Source: Wolbachia endosymbiont strain TRS of Brugia malayi (GTDB lineage: Bacteria > Pseudomonadota > Alphaproteobacteria > Rickettsiales > Anaplasmataceae). Taken from it: a DNA stretch of 32,000 bases. The notes below the pieces were generated by a model. It was given only the letters and a program-made list of their open reading frames with translations. It searched no databases and was not told where the DNA came from. The DNA lies in NCBI RefSeq assembly GCF_000008385.1, contig NC_006833.1:810001-842000 (forward strand), read 5' to 3'. The position numbers were made by a program, and so were the translations under genes. Of the stretch, positions 28,330 through 32,000 are shown one piece after another. Positions within the stretch are counted from its first letter, which is position 1. Each line of letters starts with the position of its first letter.

Positions 28330-30453
28330 TCATTCTACCAATATCTCTCTCTTTCCTAAGTAATTTGGAGCGCTAATAATACCTTCTTTTTCCGTTCTTT
28401 CAACAATATTTGCAGCTCTGTTGTAGCCTATTCTAAGCTGTCGTTGAATGTAACTAGTTGAAACTTTTTGATCCCTTTGAATAATAGCCACTGCTTGCTT
28501 GTATAGATCATTCTCTTCACCCTCTGTTTCACCTTTTAGTTCCGCAGAGGAATTTTCATCTTCTTTGGTGATTTCTTCCATGTAGTTTGGTTCACCTTGC
28601 ATTTTCAAATGATCAACTATATTTTGCACTTCTTCATCACTCACAAATGGGCCATGAACTCGAATAATCTTACCGCCAGAAGCCATATAAAGCATATCAC
28701 CCATACCGAGCAACTGTTCAGCCCCTTGTTCACCAAGTATTGTTCTGCTATCTATTTTAGAAGTGACAGCAAAACTGATTCTTGTTGGAAAATTTGCTTT
28801 TATTACGCCTGTTATCACATCTACAGATGGACGTTGTGTTGCCATTATAATGTGTATTCCTGCAGCACGAGCCATCTGAGCTAAACGTTGAATAGAACAC
28901 TCTATTTCCTTACCAGCAACAAGCATCAAGTCTGCCATTTCATCTACAATTACTACAATATATGAAAATGTCTCCATTTTGATTGGCATCTTTTCAAATA
29001 AGGGTTTACCTGTTGTTGAGTTAAACCCAACCTGTACAACACGCTCCAGTTCTATCCCGCTATTTATCGCTTCCGTGATTTTTTGGTTATAGTTTATTAC
29101 ATTGCGTACATTCAAATAAGACATCATGCGATAGCGATTTTCCATTTCTTTTACTATCCACTTAAGAGCAATAACAGCCTTTTTTGGCTCTGTTACTACT
29201 GGTGTTATTAGGTGTGGTATTGCATCATATATTGAAAGCTCAAGCATCTTTGGGTCGATCATTATCATCTTACACGCGTCAGGACTTAATCGATAAATGA
29301 GTGAAAGAATCATAGTGTTAATTGCAACTGATTTACCAGATCCTGTGGTTCCAGCAACAAGCAAGTGAGGCATTTTAGCCAGATCAGCAATAACTGGTTT
29401 TCCACTTATTTCTTTACCAAGCGCAATTGGAAGGTTTAAATTTGCATTTTGATATTCTAATGATTCAAGTAAGTCACGCAGCATGACGATTTCTCGTTCC
29501 TTGTTTGGTAATTCTATTCCCATAGCGTTTTGTCCACGAATTATTGAAATACGTGCAGATAATGCACTCATTGAACGTGCAATATCGTCTGCAAGGCCAA
29601 TTACTCTTGCAGACTTTGTGCCAGCTTGTGGTTCAAGTTTGTATAAAGTTACAACTGGTCCATAACATACACTAATAACTTTTCCTTGCACACCGAAATC
29701 ACTAAGGACCTGCTCCAGCAGAGATAAATTCTTATTACTCTCCATTTCATTCAGCCGCTTTCTCTGCAAAGATTCCTCTGCTTTAGAAAGTAAGTGAATG
29801 CTTGGAAACTTAAACTCGCTGGAAGATTCAAAGATCTCTCCAATAACTTTTTTCTGCCTTTCTTTTGGTTGCTGTCTAGTAGTAATTTGAGCTCTGTGTT
29901 TTTCTTCCACTACTAATGGTGGAGTCGGATACTCAGCGGCTTTATATAACCTAAAAAACAGAACCTTTGCTAAAAGAGAAGCTACTTTTTTATATAAGAG
30001 GAATAGCAAGTAAATTGTCCTCTTCCAACCAATTAGCCCTACAATACCTGTTGACGTTGCTATTATGAATATGTAAAAAGGGCAGTTATTAATTAGTATA
30101 TTTCCTATTATTCCACTGTGCATATACCTTGCAGTGATACCTAGTGAAAGTTGTGGTAACATAGCGCATATTCCTAAGTTGATTAATACTGAGTAGAGAA
30201 CTTTCAGTAGCCTTTTTGATGGTCTGAAGATCAAAAAACAAATTATAGTAGTGGCTACTGTAATACTAGTTAATCCAAGAAATTGAACTAATATATCAGC
30301 TAAATATGAACCTACTATTCCACCTAAATTCGTCACTTCTTTATCTGTGACTGTATTTAAGGATATATCTTTATAGCTATAGCTAAAAACTGATATATAT
30401 ATATATATTAAAAGTGATAGGTATATTGCTGCTTTTAGATATTTTTTTAGCAT
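28330..30453 (-). CDS. ftsK: DNA translocase FtsK
   Basis: 707 aa; N-terminal TM segments, HLLVAGTTGSGKSVAINTMILSLIY, MIDPKMLELSIYDAIPHLITPVVTEPKKA, MATQRPSVDVITGVIKANFPTRISF, C-terminal winged-helix gamma domain (STSYIQRQLRIGYNRAANIVERTEKEGIIS). Confidence 0.98.
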   Translation of the reverse strand: MLKKYLKAAIYLSLLIYIYISVFSYSYKDISLNTVTDKEVTNLGGIVGSYLADILVQFLGLTSITVATTIICFLIFRPSKRLLKVLYSVLINLGICAMLPQLSLGITARYMHSGIIGNILINNCPFYIFIIATSTGIVGLIGWKRTIYLLFLLYKKVASLLAKVLFFRLYKAAEYPTPPLVVEEKHRAQITTRQQPKERQKKVIGEIFESSSEFKFPSIHLLSKAEESLQRKRLNEMESNKNLSLLEQVLSDFGVQGKVISVCYGPVVTLYKLEPQAGTKSARVIGLADDIARSMSALSARISIIRGQNAMGIELPNKEREIVMLRDLLESLEYQNANLNLPIALGKEISGKPVIADLAKMPHLLVAGTTGSGKSVAINTMILSLIYRLSPDACKMIMIDPKMLELSIYDAIPHLITPVVTEPKKAVIALKWIVKEMENRYRMMSYLNVRNVINYNQKITEAINSGIELERVVQVGFNSTTGKPLFEKMPIKMETFSYIVVIVDEMADLMLVAGKEIECSIQRLAQMARAAGIHIIMATQRPSVDVITGVIKANFPTRISFAVTSKIDSRTILGEQGAEQLLGMGDMLYMASGGKIIRVHGPFVSDEEVQNIVDHLKMQGEPNYMEEITKEDENSSAELKGETEGEENDLYKQAVAIIQRDQKVSTSYIQRQLRIGYNRAANIVERTEKEGIISAPNYLGKREILVE

Positions 30454-30732
30454 CTACTTAAAGTAGTAAGTCATTGTATATTTTACAAAGTGAATTGCTA
30501 TTAGCAATATCATTATAGATAAATCCAACCCGTTGAGTGGTCGTATATACCTTCTGATAACTTTTAGCGGTGGATAGGTGAGCCGGTTCAAAGTGTGCAT
30601 TATGTTGCTTACAACTTCGTTATACATGTTTACCACATTAAGCTTGATTAGCCAATCCAGAATAATCCAACATATTAGAATGAAGCTATAAAGATCAAGT
30701 AACATGTTGAGTAAGTATATGATTGGATGCAT
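30454..30732 (-). CDS. YggT family membrane protein
   Basis: 92 aa; LICWIILDWLIKLNVVNMYNEVVSNIMHTLNRLTYPPLKVIRRYIRPLNGLDLSIMILLIAIHFV; directly upstream of ftsK in the same orientation. Confidence 0.88.
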   Translation of the reverse strand: MHPIIYLLNMLLDLYSFILICWIILDWLIKLNVVNMYNEVVSNIMHTLNRLTYPPLKVIRRYIRPLNGLDLSIMILLIAIHFVKYTMTYYFK

Positions 30733-30947
30733 GCGTATCTATTACATGAAAATTATATAAAAGATAAGTATTTAGGAGTTTTAAATCAATCCCCCTTTTC
30801 AAATTCAAAATATTTTTATCCTAAGTTAAAAAATGTGCCGGGAAAGTGACTGTATAGAAATATATTTAAAACTTTGGCAGTAAGTCAAACAATCCTACCA
30901 GCTTATTTTTTATTTACATATTATATTTTCAAACATCCCACAAATAA

Positions 30948-31400
30948 TTACCTATCATGCAGTTGGTCTATGGATATAATACTACCATTTGATGAGTTTT
31001 CAGTACATTTTTCACTTTTATATTCTTTGTCAAAATCGACATTGATTTTGTCAAATATTAAAACATCCCCTGAAATTTTATCATGAAATTCACTAATAGC
31101 AAAAAACGGCACGGTGATTTGCTCTTGTTTTCCATGAAAACTTAAACTAACACTAAATTTATCCTCAAAAACTTCCAAACCATAAAATTGATGCTGTAAT
31201 ATAATAAGCATTTGAGTAGGATATGACTTTCTTAAGTAATCTGATATGACAACATCATTAAAATACGTGAAAAATAATATTTCTAAGTTAGGAGTGAAGC
31301 TATTACCTGATATAACATCTAAAGCCTTTTTGATAACTTGAAACTTGGCAGAATTGAGTAATTTTTTGTAACCTATCTTATCCATATAAGTTTTAAACAC
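30948..31400 (-). CDS. sspB: SspB-like ClpXP adaptor (alphaproteobacterial type)
   Basis: 150 aa; YPTQMLIILQHQFYGLEVFEDKFSVSLSFHGKQEQITVPFFAISEFHDKISGDVLIF follows the SspB fold pattern, with an acidic/polar tail. Start is GTG at 31400 or ATG at 31385. Confidence 0.8.
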   Translation of the reverse strand: MFKTYMDKIGYKKLLNSAKFQVIKKALDVISGNSFTPNLEILFFTYFNDVVISDYLRKSYPTQMLIILQHQFYGLEVFEDKFSVSLSFHGKQEQITVPFFAISEFHDKISGDVLIFDKINVDFDKEYKSEKCTENSSNGSIISIDQLHDR

Positions 31401-31410
31401 GTGAATTCTG

Positions 31411-31700
31411 GGGGGAACTTCTGTTACCCGGCGTTCCCTAAGCCGTGCTTATAGTAATGAAGTTATAGTGCTTAAATTAAGCAGCTACCGCAACATCACC
31501 TTCAGCAGCAAAATTATCGTTTGCGTTTAAACTATGAACTCTTAGCGGTGGTATCTAACCGAGCAAAGTTACCATCTTTACTATGCATGTCGATTCTTAT
31601 TCGCCCCCATGTAAATTAAAAACATGGTGGAGGCGCCGAGTACTGCCCTCGGGTCCAATACACCTATTACAAGGTAATTTTATTGCCATAGTGTATAAAA
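31411..31700 (-). ncRNA. ssrA: tmRNA, two-piece circularly permuted: acceptor piece from about 31700 down to 31625, spacer 31624-31609, coding piece 31608 down to about 31411
   Basis: Minus strand: ...GGACCCGAGGGCAGTACTCGGCGCCTCCACCA then TGTTTTTAATTTACAT then GGGGGCGAATAAGAATCGAC... . The ends GGGGGCG and CGCCTCC pair as an acceptor stem. The tag GCA AAC GAT AAT TTT GCT GCT GAA GGT GAT GTT GCG GTA GCT GCT TAA encodes ANDNFAAEGDVAVAA. A 3' pseudoknot (CGGC/GCCG and GGGAAC/GTTCCC) follows. Confidence 0.96.
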
Positions 31701-32000
31701 TACACATAGTTATTGTATAGTAATATTTAATAAATGTCAAGATATTTTACTTTAAGTTAATCAATAGCTAAAATAAAATTAAGATTTCCAGAAAAAAATT
31801 ACTTCTCCTGCTACCGATGTGATCATAATTGCAGTAGAGATATTTAGACAGCTAGAAATCTATCTTCGTCCGCAGATCTTTTTCATCTACACCTAAAGTA
31901 ACTTAGATCTACCAATAATTTGATAAATCGTTGCCCCGTTACTTGTGAGCGGAATCTATGCTAAGCCACGCCAATGTTCACACAGTCATAAACAGTATGC

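Noticed and set aside
1-32000. CRISPR array, complete IS element, tRNA/rRNA genes
   Set aside because: No regularly spaced direct repeats, no intact transposase with terminal repeats, and no tRNA or rRNA sequence recognised by eye. A tRNAscan-SE and Infernal run would be needed to rule out small RNAs formally.

Overview
The window is a piece of an AT-rich alphaproteobacterial chromosome. Protein content, gene order and the ssrA tag point to Rickettsiales, most likely Wolbachia. Housekeeping genes supported by the translations: the nuoJ-K-L-M-N block of complex I, a UvrD/PcrA-type helicase, a quinone-oxidoreductase-like protein, pepA, an intradiol-dioxygenase-like secreted protein, a PpsR-type kinase/pyrophosphorylase (DUF299), ccmC, recG, miaA, tsaC/Sua5-like, a DNA Pol III delta'-like protein, a VirB8-like protein, rnhB, mraY, ftsK, a YggT-family protein and an SspB-like adaptor. 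At the right end, on the minus strand, there is a two-piece, circularly permuted tmRNA gene (ssrA). Its tag reads ANDNFAAEGDVAVAA*, and it lies directly upstream of the SspB-like adaptor gene. The gaps between genes hold many eroded genes: an Rpn/PD-(D/E)XK transposase, an FtsB/DivIC-like gene, a RelE/ParE-like toxin, the C-terminus of a GrpB-family protein, a possible ankyrin fragment, and a secreted protein broken at a poly-A run plus an amber codon. A degenerate AT-rich intergenic repeat also occurs in several copies. I found no CRISPR array, no complete mobile element, and no clearly novel defence-type system. The best leads are the ssrA-sspB adjacency, the dioxygenase homologue that seems to lack iron ligands, the ftsB-like lesion and the poly-A tract frameshifts.
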